A stretch of 64,000 nt of DNA, taken from contig OY969695.1 in the NCBI GenBank assembly GCA_963701965.1, positions 4,768,001 through 4,832,000 on the forward strand, written 5' to 3'. Under the pieces are notes generated by a model that was not told the DNA's origin, made no database searches, and saw only the letters and a list, made by a program, of their open reading frames with translations. The stretch comes from an uncultured Gemmatimonadales bacterium. GTDB lineage: Bacteria; Gemmatimonadota; Gemmatimonadetes; Gemmatimonadales; Gemmatimonadaceae. Shown here in pieces: positions 11,293 through 20,720 of this stretch. Both the position numbers and the translations under genes were made by a program. Position 1 is the first letter of the stretch, and each line of letters opens with the position of its first letter.

Positions 11293-11364
11293 GATCTCGG
11301 CGCAGCCGAGATCTGTCCAACCGCCCGATCTAGCAGGTGCGTTGTTCAGCACCCTGCTAGATCG
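11293..11364. terminator. Two adjacent stem-loops between convergent genes
   Basis: GATCTCGGC-GCA-GCCGAGATC (11293-11313) and CGATCTAGCAGG...CCTGCTAGATCG (11326-11364). Confidence 0.6.
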
Positions 11365-12635
11365 CCATCGTCTTCGCGGCGGCCGAGACGTTGCGCAGCA
11401 TGCGGGTCTTGGCTTCCTGGGTTACCGTCTCCTGCAGCTGTGTGCGGGCCCAGGCGATCGCTTCGCGGTAGATCGGCGGCAAGGCCACGGGCGCGATGCC
11501 CACCTCGTGGCTGAGGCGCGTCACGTCGCGCCAGGCGCCCGCTTCGTAGGCCTCGACCAGCGCCAGGGTGGCGCCATAGAAGTCTTCGCGCCCGATCAAT
11601 GCTTTGGCGATATCGGGCGCCAGCTCCAGTTGTTCGACGAGGCGCGGGAGGGGGATCAGCAGCAGGGCGTCCAGCATGGAGAAGAGACCGACCATGAACA
11701 GCGGTCCGCCGGCCTTGGGAATGCCGTAGACCTCGGCGACCCGCTCGCAAAACCGGGCCCGGGTCAGCGCCAGAATGCGCGATCTCGATCTCCACGCCGC
11801 GCTCGGCGACCGAGCTGACCAGCAAGAGCGAGAGCCACCGGTGCAACGTCTCGCGTCCCACGAGACGGATCGCATGGCCAATGGTCGTGATGCCCCGCGC
11901 GCCCATGGCCGCCGAGTTGACCAGGCGGAGCAGCTTATAGGAGAGCGTCACATCCGTCCGAAACCCACGCTCAATGTCGGCATCGGTCGACCGCGCATCG
12001 CGGATGGTCTTGAGGAGGCGAAAGGCCTGCGCGTGGTCGATGCCCACGTCGTGCCGCGCCAGCACCTCCGGTCGCGTGAACCGATAGCCTACGAAGAGAT
12101 CCACCCCCGCCGCCGCGCACGCGTCGCGCACGGTGCGATTGCCAACCCGCTCGGCCACGAGCCGCATCCCCTGGCGGCGATACGACTGGGCGTGGCGCGC
12201 CAGGTCCGCGGCGTCGAGCGCGACGGCGTCGAGTTTGACCATCCGCGCCAGGCGCAATAACTCGGGCGAGCGCCGGGCGTCCGCGTCCGTGATGGCGAAC
12301 CGGTAGCCGTGCCCGGAGAGGGATTGCGCGGCCGCGAACAACTCGGCGTCGGGCCGCGTCCCGGGCGCGAATTGCAGCACGACCCGGCGCGGATGCACCA
12401 CGCGCACGGCGTCGCGCAGGAGCAGCGATCGCGACACCGGAATGAAGGCGGGCAGACCCTCGGCCACTTGATCGAGGCCATAGCCAAGGCAGGCATCGAC
12501 GATCAAACGCTCCACGGCCAACGACGCGCTCAGATCATCGTGCGCGTCGCCGGCCGCGTCGCCGTAGCACAGGTCGAAGGCCAACAGTCGCTCGTCGCGG
12601 TCGAAGATCGGCTGCCGCGCGAGGAATATCTCCAT
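11357..12635 (-). CDS. EAL-like + HDOD domain protein (YuxH/PdeH-like); frameshift near 11771
   Basis: MEIFLARQPIFD start, LVAERV, LSYKLLRLVNSA, then LFMVGLFSMLDALL in the second frame. Confidence 0.85.
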
Positions 12636-12690
12636 ATCGCCAGTATCGGCCGATATGGCGGGAACATTAGTTGTGTATAACGCGGGCCAA

Positions 12691-12710
12691 GAGCTCCGTG
12701 GAGCGGAGCT
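12691..12710. terminator. Stem-loop downstream of glutamine synthetase
   Basis: GAGCTCCG-TGGAG-CGGAGCTC inverted repeat. Confidence 0.5.
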
Positions 12711-12732
12711 CAGTTCAACCGACCCGTTTTAG

Positions 12733-14163
12733 CTAAAACAGGTTCCACAAGAACTGGTTATAGACCTCGTGATGGTACTGGACCTCCGGTCCCTTCACGA
12801 ACGTCCCGAGCTGTCGGGGGCACCGGTCCGCCGACGCCTGCTTCAGATCGCCGTAGCGGGCTTTGACGTCCTCGCCGAGCAGCGTCGTCGTCCACTTGGC
12901 GTCGCGAAAGTGCTCCAGCGCGCTGTAGATGTTGTCGGGCAGATACCGCTCCGCCTGGCGGAGATTCTTGATCTTCGCCGTCTCGCCGTCCAACCCGGTC
13001 TTGAAGATCGAGTACATGACCAGGTACGGGTTGGCGTCCGGGGCCACCGAGCGCACCTCGACGCGCGCGCTCTTCTCGTTCCCGATCGGGATGCGGATCA
13101 TGGAGCCGCGATCCACCGGAGACGCCTTGATCTGATTCGGCGCCTCGAAGTGTGGATCGAGACGGCGGTAGGCGTTCACGCTGGCGTTGAGCAGCAGGCA
13201 GATGTCATTGCCGTGCGTGAGGATCCGGTCGATGAACGACCATCCCGTCGCGCTCAGGTTCTCTTCACCCTTCGGATCCCAAAAGATGTTCTTGCCCTTC
13301 TTGCTGATCGAGACGTTGGTGTGCATCCCGTTGCCGTTCACGCCTACGACCGGCTTGGGCAGGAACGACGCGCTCAGACCCATGCGCGTCGCCACCTGGC
13401 GGCAGATCAGCTTGTAGAGTTGAATCTGGTCGGCCGCGGCCACCACCTCGCCATACCCGTAGTTGATCTCGAACTGCGACGGCGCCACTTCCGGGTGGTC
13501 CTTTTCATTCTGGAACCCCATCGCCCGCTGCACTTCGGCCGTCGTGTCGATGAACGTGCGGAGCTGATCGCCCGGCAGGGAGTGGTAGTACCCTCCCGTG
13601 CTCACATAGTCGAAGCGATGCGTCTCGTGAAAACGCTGCTCGGCGTCGACGCTCTGGAACAGGAAGCCCTCGATCTCGTTGGCCGCGTTCAGCGTGTAAC
13701 CCTGCTTGGTGAACAGCGTCTCGGCGTACCCTTTGAGCACGCCGCGGATGTCCGCCGTATAGGGCGAGCCGTCCTTGTCGATGACCTGACCGAACACCAG
13801 CACCTTTCCGGAACCAAAGAAGTCGGCCGGCGCCCAATAGAACGCGCTCCAGTCCATCGCCAGGCGGAGATCACTCTCGCGCTGCGCCGTGAAGCCCCGG
13901 ATCGATGACCCGTCGAAGGTGAGATTGTCCCAAGCCTTCACCAGGAACTTCTTGTCGTAATCGAGCATGTGCAGGCGGCCTTCGAGGTCGCTGAACAAGA
14001 CCGTCACGGCCTTGATGCGCTTCTCGTCGGTCAGATACTTGAGGCGCTCTTCCTGGATCTTGTCCGGCGCCACGCGATTCTTGCGCTGCTCTTTCGCTTG
14101 AAGGTTCAGCTGTTCAAGCTCATCGTACGAGAGGGCCAAGAAGTTGCGCAGGTCGGTTCCCAT
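12733..14163 (-). CDS. glnA: Glutamine synthetase family protein
   Basis: FDGSSI, HPEVAPSQFEI, FLPKP..GVNGNGMH, NAYRRL and RVEVRS..PDANPYL motifs. Confidence 0.9.
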   Translation of the reverse strand: MGTDLRNFLALSYDELEQLNLQAKEQRKNRVAPDKIQEERLKYLTDEKRIKAVTVLFSDLEGRLHMLDYDKKFLVKAWDNLTFDGSSIRGFTAQRESDLRLAMDWSAFYWAPADFFGSGKVLVFGQVIDKDGSPYTADIRGVLKGYAETLFTKQGYTLNAANEIEGFLFQSVDAEQRFHETHRFDYVSTGGYYHSLPGDQLRTFIDTTAEVQRAMGFQNEKDHPEVAPSQFEINYGYGEVVAAADQIQLYKLICRQVATRMGLSASFLPKPVVGVNGNGMHTNVSISKKGKNIFWDPKGEENLSATGWSFIDRILTHGNDICLLLNASVNAYRRLDPHFEAPNQIKASPVDRGSMIRIPIGNEKSARVEVRSVAPDANPYLVMYSIFKTGLDGETAKIKNLRQAERYLPDNIYSALEHFRDAKWTTTLLGEDVKARYGDLKQASADRCPRQLGTFVKGPEVQYHHEVYNQFLWNLF

Positions 14164-14208
14164 GTCGTTCCTCGGGTAAGGGGCACTGGGGGAAACGCGT
14201 AATATAGA

Positions 14209-14224
14209 TGGCGCTGATCTTGCA
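14209..14224 (+). promoter_or_regulatory. Putative sigma-54 (-24/-12) promoter
   Basis: TGGCGCTGATCTTGCA, GG-N10-GC spacing, just upstream of the 14238 ORF. Confidence 0.55.
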
Positions 14225-14237
14225 CCCCAGCGGCGGC

Positions 14238-14450
14238 ATGGCCGCCAAAAAAAAGCGCAGTGCCCGGAAGTACGGACCGGCCGCCAGCAAGAGCGTCGAG
14301 AGCGCCATGCGTCGGGAGAAACGCGGCACGCTCAAGTCGGGGCGCGGAGGAAAGGGTGGGACCGTCACGAATCCCAAGCAGGCGATCGCGATCGGCTTGT
14401 CGGAGGCGCGCAAGAAGGGCGCGAAGGTCCCGCCGCGCAAGAAGTCCTAG
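14238..14450 (+). CDS. Small basic protein (DUF6496-like)
   Basis: GTLKSG..VTNPKQAIAIGLSEARKKGAKVP signature. Confidence 0.85.
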   Translation: MAAKKKRSARKYGPAASKSVESAMRREKRGTLKSGRGGKGGTVTNPKQAIAIGLSEARKKGAKVPPRKKS

Positions 14451-14465
14451 CGGCGGGTCAGCGGG

Positions 14466-14708
14466 TCAGCGCCGCCAACTCAGCTCGCTGAGATCGTGGA
14501 CCGACCGGCGGTACCAGTCGGGAGGATATTCCCAGACGCGCCGGATGGCGTTCGGCGAGGAAAAGATGAGGCACTGGGGACCACGCGCTCCCGGGACGCG
14601 TGCCGCATCGACCTCGCACACGCGCCATGTGGTTCCATCGTCATCAACGTACTCGCGCACACCGCGCCGCTCGGAAGAGGACGGGATGGCGACCTCGCGG
14701 TCCCGCAT
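14466..14708 (-). CDS. Small hypothetical protein
   Basis: DDDGTTWRV..PGARGPQCLIFSS..RRVWEYPPDW; plausible globular sequence. Confidence 0.6.
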   Translation of the reverse strand: MRDREVAIPSSSERRGVREYVDDDGTTWRVCEVDAARVPGARGPQCLIFSSPNAIRRVWEYPPDWYRRSVHDLSELSWRR

Positions 14709-14756
14709 GGCCGTCGTCCAGCAGCAAGCTCTGCGCCGTTCTGACAGACCGAGCTC

Positions 14757-15503
14757 ATGAGTGAAAATCATTTCGCGTCACGGGCACGGGAGTACGCCGC
14801 TTTTCGCCCGACTTACCCGGACGCGCTGTACGCCTTTATCGCGGGACTCGCGGAGCGCCGGGCGCTGGCGTGGGACTGCGGGACGGGCAACGGACAGGCG
14901 GCCGTGGCGCTGGCGCGCGACTTCTCGCACGTCGTGGCGACCGACACCAGCGCCGCCCAGCTCGAGCTGGCGCCTCCGCATCCCCGTATCGAGTACCGCG
15001 TCGCGGCCGCGGAGGCGAGCGGTCTGCCGCCGGCATCCGCCGACGTCATTACCGTCGCTCAGGCCCTGCACTGGTTCGACATCGATCGCTTCTACGCGGA
15101 AGCGCGGCGCGTCTTGGCGCCCGGCGGCACGTTGGTGGTGTGGACGTACGGCGAGCCGGGGCTCGATGATGCCGCGCTCAATGACGCGCTGCGGGTGTTC
15201 AACGACGTGACGGTTGGTCCGTACTGGCCCGCGGAGCGGGAGCTGGTACGAACCGGCTATCGCACCGTTTCGTTCCCGTTCGTGCGCCTGCCGGCGCCGG
15301 CGTTCACGTTCGAGCGCACGTGGACGCTCGGCGACTTCACCGGCTATCTCCGAAGTTGGTCGGCCACCGCGCGCTACGTCACGGCCCAGGGTGTGGATCC
15401 GGTCGTAGCGTTCGCATCCACCATCGCCGAACGGTGGGGCGATCCGGCGGCCTCGCGGACCATTCGGTGGCCATTCAGCGTCTTGGCCGGCCGCGTTGGG
15501 TAA
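14757..15503 (+). CDS. Class I SAM-dependent methyltransferase
   Basis: WDCGTGNGQ motif I; VAQALHWFD. Confidence 0.9.
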   Translation: MSENHFASRAREYAAFRPTYPDALYAFIAGLAERRALAWDCGTGNGQAAVALARDFSHVVATDTSAAQLELAPPHPRIEYRVAAAEASGLPPASADVITVAQALHWFDIDRFYAEARRVLAPGGTLVVWTYGEPGLDDAALNDALRVFNDVTVGPYWPAERELVRTGYRTVSFPFVRLPAPAFTFERTWTLGDFTGYLRSWSATARYVTAQGVDPVVAFASTIAERWGDPAASRTIRWPFSVLAGRVG

Positions 15504-15622
15504 CGTAACGATCACCGATTGTAAAATGCCCGCGATTCGTATTGTGCCACACTCCTCGTCCGCGTTGGTTTGGGGCCGCAATACCGTTTCCCTCACCAGC
15601 GATAGCTCCAGAGGAGCCCACA

Positions 15623-17089
15623 ATGGATCGATCCACCGCGCGCGTTCGCCGTCGCGTGTGTCAGTCACTTCCCTCGATGCTGTTGATTGCGTCGTTTGTC
15701 GCGCCGCTCGCGGCCCGCGCGCAAGAGCTCACCGAGGACACCACGTTCAAGATCAGATACAAGGGCGTGACCATCACGCCGGTGGGTTTCGCCGCGGGTG
15801 AAGCCGTGTTTCGCTCCCGCAACGAGACCGCGGACATGGGTTCGTCCTTCAACTCGATTCCGTTCACGCACTCGACCAACGCCAACCTGACGGAATTCCG
15901 CGGCAGCGGACGTCAGTCGCGCTTTGGCACCGCCGTCGACGGCAAGATCGGCGACGTGAAAACCGGCGGGTACTTCGAGACCGACTTTCTGTCGGCCGGT
16001 GCTTCATCCAATTCCAACGAGAGCAACAGCTATACGCTTCGTATTCGTCAGTTCTTTGGGAAGGTGCAGGCGGGCGGAACCGAGTTCGACGCCGGTGAGA
16101 TGTGGTCTCTCCTCACGACAGACAAGGCGGGTGTGAGTCCGCGGTCGGAAGCGGTGCCGCTGACGATCGACGCACAGTATAACGTGGGATTCGACTGGGC
16201 CCGGCAGTGGGGCTTCCGTCTCTCCCAAAGGCTCGCCCCCGGCGCGTACTTCGCGATCGCGGCGGAAGAGCCGCAGATGTCGTTCGGCGGTCATGGCACG
16301 CCCGCGAACGTCTTCATCGGTAACACTGGTGGCAGCCAGCTGAATGCCACCACGAACTACTCGACGGATGTGGCCCCGGACGTCATCGCCAAGTTGGCGT
16401 TCGAGCCGGGCTTCGGACACTGGGAGCTCAAGGCCCTGGGCCGTGTGTTCCGCGATCGCATCGTCGACACGGCCTGTACGTTTTCGACGCGCTGCAGCTA
16501 CAACGCCACGCGCCTCGCGGGTGGCGTCGGCGTCGGCTTCTGGCTGCCGTTCATGTATGAGAAGCGCGACGTCCTCGACATCGGTATCTCGGGCCTGTGG
16601 GGGAACGGGATTGGCCGGTACGGGACCAGCATGCTGATCGACGCGACCGCCCGTCCTGACGGCACGATCGTGCCGGTGCGGGCGGCGCACGCGCTGCTCT
16701 CGATCGAGGCGCATCCGACGAGGAAGCTGGACATCTTCGCCTACGGCGGCACCGAGTACGCGTACCGCGAGCAGTTCACGAACGCGGCGGGTGGCTTGGT
16801 CGGCTACGGCTTGCCGAACGCCGTCAACTCGGGTTGCGACAAGGAATTCCCGAACACGGGCAATTTCGCGCCTGGCGCGCCCGGTGCGCTCTGCGTCGGC
16901 GACACGCGCGACCTGTACGAGGTCTCGCTCGGGTTGTGGTACAGCTTCTTCCGTGGCCCGATGGGGCGGTTCGCCTGGGGCCTCGAGTACCACTACGTGA
17001 GCAAGAACACGTGGTCGGGTGCCAACAGTATCCAGCCGCAGGCGATCGAGAACATGGCCTACACATCGTTCCGCTATTACCTGCCGTAA
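15623..17089 (+). CDS. Porin-like outer-membrane beta-barrel protein
   Basis: GAGGAG RBS, signal peptide, RQSRF, YFETDF and RIRQF motifs, aromatic C-terminus FRYYLP. Confidence 0.7.
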   Translation: MDRSTARVRRRVCQSLPSMLLIASFVAPLAARAQELTEDTTFKIRYKGVTITPVGFAAGEAVFRSRNETADMGSSFNSIPFTHSTNANLTEFRGSGRQSRFGTAVDGKIGDVKTGGYFETDFLSAGASSNSNESNSYTLRIRQFFGKVQAGGTEFDAGEMWSLLTTDKAGVSPRSEAVPLTIDAQYNVGFDWARQWGFRLSQRLAPGAYFAIAAEEPQMSFGGHGTPANVFIGNTGGSQLNATTNYSTDVAPDVIAKLAFEPGFGHWELKALGRVFRDRIVDTACTFSTRCSYNATRLAGGVGVGFWLPFMYEKRDVLDIGISGLWGNGIGRYGTSMLIDATARPDGTIVPVRAAHALLSIEAHPTRKLDIFAYGGTEYAYREQFTNAAGGLVGYGLPNAVNSGCDKEFPNTGNFAPGAPGALCVGDTRDLYEVSLGLWYSFFRGPMGRFAWGLEYHYVSKNTWSGANSIQPQAIENMAYTSFRYYLP

Positions 17090-17128
17090 ACCGCTTGTGT
17101 AGCAGTTACAGAACTGTTACTATGGGAC

Positions 17129-17384
17129 ATGCTCCCGCGGGCTAGAACCTTTGTGTGCGACGGCGTCCGATGGCTGGCCTGGCCATCGGTCGCCCCGCCC
17201 GCGGGATCGCGGCGGGGATGCGAGGAGCCGCTGGTCGCCCTCGGGCCGCCCCGCATTCTTCTTCCGTTCGGAGTGCGGTGATTTCTATAGCTGGTGCTAC
17301 GAGGCGGCCTCATGGGGCACAGTGGCGCAGCTGAGCGAGGACGAGCTGTGCGCTGAGCTCCGCCTCGCCACGGCGACCAGCTGA
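17129..17384 (+). CDS. Small hypothetical protein, probable indel
   Basis: MLPRARTFVCDGVRWLAWPS in one frame; FFFRSECG..LSEDELCAEL in another. Confidence 0.4.
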
Positions 17385-17396
17385 CGGCGACGCTCC

Positions 17397-18062
17397 CTAG
17401 GCGGACCGTATCTGGTCGGCGGACGCCGACGGTGCCGCCTTCCAGCTGACAAAAATCCCTGAGCCATCGTCGACCATGATGCGGTCGCCGCGGTGCATGA
17501 CGCGGTAGTGGCTGGGCAAGAGGCCCTCGCGATGGACCCTCTCGACGAAGTCGCGATTGAGGCCGTGCGCGGTGGCGATGGCATCGGGGCGTGCGCCCGA
17601 CCGGAGCTCCATCCAGACGGCGACGCGTGCCTCCCATGGTTCGGGCGGCAGATCGGCCACCGGCGGACGAGCGTCGGTCGCCTCTACCTCGATCGTCTCG
17701 ATCGGGGCGATGTCGGACCGCCGGCGGTATCGGGCGTCCGACGGGCTGCCGAGCGGCGTCCGGATCGCGGCCGGCACGCCAGGCGGCAGGACCCCACGCT
17801 GGATCGCGTCCACGAGCGCCCGCACCTCGGGGTGCCGGCGCAAATCGATCAACATGGTCGCTGACGGCGCCGACAGTCGCGGGCGCTGTCCCCTGGGCCG
17901 CACGATGGACGGCGCCAGGCAGTGCGTGCAGACCACGATGTCGCCCCCACGCGGTTTCCGGGTACCACTGGCGGGCGCGATTGGCATGGTTCCCCGACAG
18001 AATGGGCAGTGCAGTGCGGGAGCCGGCGACGCGAGCGGTGGGGTGCCGAGTTCGGTGGACAT
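17397..18062 (-). CDS. Hypothetical protein with CxxC..CxxC zinc ribbon
   Basis: CPFC and CTHC motifs near the N-terminus. Confidence 0.5.
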   Translation of the reverse strand: MSTELGTPPLASPAPALHCPFCRGTMPIAPASGTRKPRGGDIVVCTHCLAPSIVRPRGQRPRLSAPSATMLIDLRRHPEVRALVDAIQRGVLPPGVPAAIRTPLGSPSDARYRRRSDIAPIETIEVEATDARPPVADLPPEPWEARVAVWMELRSGARPDAIATAHGLNRDFVERVHREGLLPSHYRVMHRGDRIMVDDGSGIFVSWKAAPSASADQIRSA

Positions 18063-18252
18063 ACGAGACGGAGGCGGGATGCCGCTACGGGCGCGTGCGA
18101 GCGGGAGCGGCAACGTCTCGTTCCCCGACAGGGCGTACGCGTGACCCGCTACACCTAACGTCAAAAGGCTCGCGCGTAAAGAGGGATTATTCGGCGAGCC
18201 CCCGCAGAGATCCCGATAGTCAGCCCACGGTATTATCATGTCGCAGCCGTTG

Positions 18253-18336
18253 GCCGGGATGGCGAAATCGGTAGACGCGAGGGACTTAAAATCCCTTGGG
18301 GGTAACCCCATGCGGGTTCGAAACCCGCTCCCGGCA
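18253..18336 (+). tRNA. tRNA-Leu(TAA)
   Basis: GCCGGGA/TCCCGGC acceptor stem, AGGGA-CTTAAAA-TCCCT anticodon arm, long variable arm, GCGGG-TTCGAAA-CCCGC T arm; CCA not encoded. Confidence 0.95.
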
Positions 18337-18337
18337 T
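18283..18337 (+). repeat. att core, tRNA-side copy (55 bp)
   Basis: GACTTAAAATCCCTTGGGGGTAACCCCATGCGGGTTCGAAACCCGCTCCCGGCAT, identical to 29853-29907. Confidence 0.95.
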
Positions 18338-18363
18338 AGACTTACAAAAATAGTGGTCGCAGG

Positions 18364-18383
18364 CTGGAGCACTATTGGAGCAG
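18364..18383 (+). promoter_or_regulatory. Putative integrase arm-type sites (TGGAGCA x2)
   Basis: CTGGAGCACTATTGGAGCAG, 19/20 identical to 29752-29771. Confidence 0.65.
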
Positions 18384-18392
18384 ATTGGCGTA

Positions 18393-19565
18393 CTACTTGC
18401 CCGGCTTGGCCCGTTTCTTCGGCTGGGCCTGGGTCGTGCCGCCAGCCGCTCGGGTGACCTCGGCAACCTCCGGCTGATACCGGCCGTAGCGTGTCGCCAC
18501 CAGCATAGTGGACCCATGGCCGAGCTGGTGCGCGATCACGACGTCTGAGACGCCGCGGCGTCGGAGCGTGACCGCGTAGTGGTGCCTGTGGTCGTGCAGC
18601 GTCGACCGGGGCAGGCCGAGCGCCTGGCACGCTGCGTGGTGCGCGTCGAGCGCGAGGTTGTGGTCCAGTTCGGGAAAGAGCAGGGCATTGGGCAGCAGCC
18701 CGGTCACGTGTCCCTCGATGAAGGGTCTCGTCCATCCCTCGGTCACAGCTACCGTCCGGTTGCGCCACGCCGTCTTGCTCCCCGAGGCTTGGACCGTCCA
18801 GGCGTCGAGATCGACGTCGCGCCGACGAAGCCGCTTCGCGACCTGCATCTCGACGCCAGTGCCAGCTAGCAACGCCGCCAGTGCCCGATACTCTAGCGGC
18901 ATAGCCTCCACCAGGCGGCGCACGTCGGAGGGCGCGTACACGGCCGCACGGGCCGCATTCTCGCGTTGCGCCCGGACGTCGCGGACCACGTTGGTCTCAA
19001 GGACCTCCCGCTCGACTAACCAACGGCCGAACTGAGACAACGCCGCCCTGTGTCGGTTGCGCGTGGAAGACGACACTGGCGGCTTCTCGTCGGCCGACGA
19101 CTGAAGGTCAACCAGCCCGGCCAAATGCTCGCTGATGACCTTCCGCCGGAAGCGAGACTTCGGGAAGGGTGCCCCGGCAGGAATCAGCCGACGCACCTGG
19201 GCCAGGTACTTCGCCGCGGTCTCTGGGTGCCGCTGGCGAATCGCGGCGTGCCACGTTTCGACGAGGGGCTCGATGTCCATGTCGTCGAGCTCCACTTTGA
19301 CATCGGACAGCTCCACGTCCGACCGATATTCCGCATACACCTGCAGAAGGGTCTTTCGGCCATCGGCGATCGCGTCGAGCACGTCGAACTCGCCCCTATC
19401 ACGGAGCGACTCGACCATCCGCTCAAGCGCACGGACGGTGCGCTTATCGCTGCTCCCAGTCGAAACGGCGACCAGCCTCCGGTCGGACCGGGGCACCCGC
19501 AGCCGGTACTTGGACCCGTGTAGCCATGCAGCCGCCACCGCCATGCTCCCGTGAGATGTGCTCAC
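18393..19565 (-). CDS. Tyrosine recombinase/integrase
   Basis: SSSTRNRHRAAL, GSKT, LHDHRH (HxxR), QLGH and C-terminal Tyr (TRYGRY); box I Arg position reads TGVE. Confidence 0.9.
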   Translation of the reverse strand: MSTSHGSMAVAAAWLHGSKYRLRVPRSDRRLVAVSTGSSDKRTVRALERMVESLRDRGEFDVLDAIADGRKTLLQVYAEYRSDVELSDVKVELDDMDIEPLVETWHAAIRQRHPETAAKYLAQVRRLIPAGAPFPKSRFRRKVISEHLAGLVDLQSSADEKPPVSSSTRNRHRAALSQFGRWLVEREVLETNVVRDVRAQRENAARAAVYAPSDVRRLVEAMPLEYRALAALLAGTGVEMQVAKRLRRRDVDLDAWTVQASGSKTAWRNRTVAVTEGWTRPFIEGHVTGLLPNALLFPELDHNLALDAHHAACQALGLPRSTLHDHRHHYAVTLRRRGVSDVVIAHQLGHGSTMLVATRYGRYQPEVAEVTRAAGGTTQAQPKKRAKPGK

Positions 19566-19602
19566 AGTATGGAGCAGAAAATCCCTTGGCGCCAGAGTCC
19601 GG

Positions 19603-19821
19603 TCATGCTGACTTGCGCGCGTACGGGAGGATCACACGTCCCGCTGCGAATGCTTCGAGGTCGGCCGGTCGGTAGCGCCATTGTGGGCGCGTCGCTCCAG
19701 CTGGCGCGATGTCGAGGCGTGGGATATCCGCACGGTCGGCGATCTGCCTCAGGCTGATACCAAGCCAGAGGGCAGCCTCCTTGGCTGTAAAGAGTGCGCC
19801 AGCCGGCCGCACAGGACTCAC
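19603..19821 (-). CDS. Excisionase-like helix-turn-helix protein
   Basis: LFTAKEAALWLGIS and WRYRPADLEAF (MerR/HTH_17-like); upstream of the integrase. Confidence 0.75.
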   Translation of the reverse strand: MSPVRPAGALFTAKEAALWLGISLRQIADRADIPRLDIAPAGATRPQWRYRPADLEAFAAGRVILPYARKSA

Positions 19822-20720
19822 GCCGCGAGCGCCTCAACCAAGCGGCCGGCGTGTCCGGACGCACGCAGTTTCCCTAGGGCCTTTTCTTTGAGCTGCCGCA
19901 CGCGCTCGCGGCTCACCCCCATACGGTCGCCGATTTGCTCCAGCGTCTCGGGCTCTTCGCCGCCAAGGCCGAAAAAGGCATGAAGAACGGCTCGCTCGTG
20001 GTCCGTCACGACGGAGAGAGCGGCGTCTACCGCGCGAACAACATCGGCCTCCGTCAAACTCGCATCTGGAGCGGGGGTCGTTTCATCCGGGATAAATCGC
20101 GCGAATGGAGTTGGCTCGTGCTCGCTCACGGGGGCATCAAGGCTGACCTCTTTCGCCGCGTCGATTGCGAGCAACGCCTTCACGATGTCGATCGACAGGC
20201 CGACCTCTCCGGCTATTTCCTCGGGAGCAGGACTGCGACCCTGACACGCACGGAATGCATCTGCTGCCTTGCCAATCCGCGCCAGATCCGCAGCGCGTCC
20301 GAGCGGCAGCCGGACGGAGCGCCCCGTCGTGGAAATCGACAATAGAATGGCCTGCCGAATCCACCACACTGCATAGCTGATGAAGTTGACCCCGACATCC
20401 GGGTCGTACTTGTCAACCGCGCGGCAGAGCCCCGCGTTGGCTTCGGAGATGAGGTCGTCGAGCGCGAGACCACGGTCGCGATACTTCCAGGCAATCGAAG
20501 ACGCGAACCGCAAGTTCGTCTTAATCAATTCTGCTCTTGCGTACGCACGCTCGTCGGGGGACCGAGTCCTGTCCCGCATCGTCCGGGCAAGTTCTTTCTG
20601 ACGCTCGGCTGGTAGGATCGGCAGGCGCCGGAGTTCGTAGAAGTAGCGTTCGCGAGCAGATTGTGGTGCTGGCTCCCCGCCAATTGGAGCAAGGGCGGCA
20701 CGACCGCGGCGAGTCTTCAT
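19818..20720 (-). CDS. Sigma-70 family RNA polymerase sigma factor (RpoD/RpoS-like, no region 1.1)
   Basis: NLRF, DLISEAN.GL, FISYAVWWIRQAI (2.3/2.4), SLDAP, TLEQIG..GVSRERVRQ (4.2). Confidence 0.92.
   Translation of the reverse strand: MKTRRGRAALAPIGGEPAPQSARERYFYELRRLPILPAERQKELARTMRDRTRSPDERAYARAELIKTNLRFASSIAWKYRDRGLALDDLISEANAGLCRAVDKYDPDVGVNFISYAVWWIRQAILLSISTTGRSVRLPLGRAADLARIGKAADAFRACQGRSPAPEEIAGEVGLSIDIVKALLAIDAAKEVSLDAPVSEHEPTPFARFIPDETTPAPDASLTEADVVRAVDAALSVVTDHERAVLHAFFGLGGEEPETLEQIGDRMGVSRERVRQLKEKALGKLRASGHAGRLVEALAA

Noticed and set aside
17102..17121. Pho-box-like GTTAC repeats at 11-bp spacing after the porin gene
   Set aside because: Only two short units, located downstream of the porin; too weak to call
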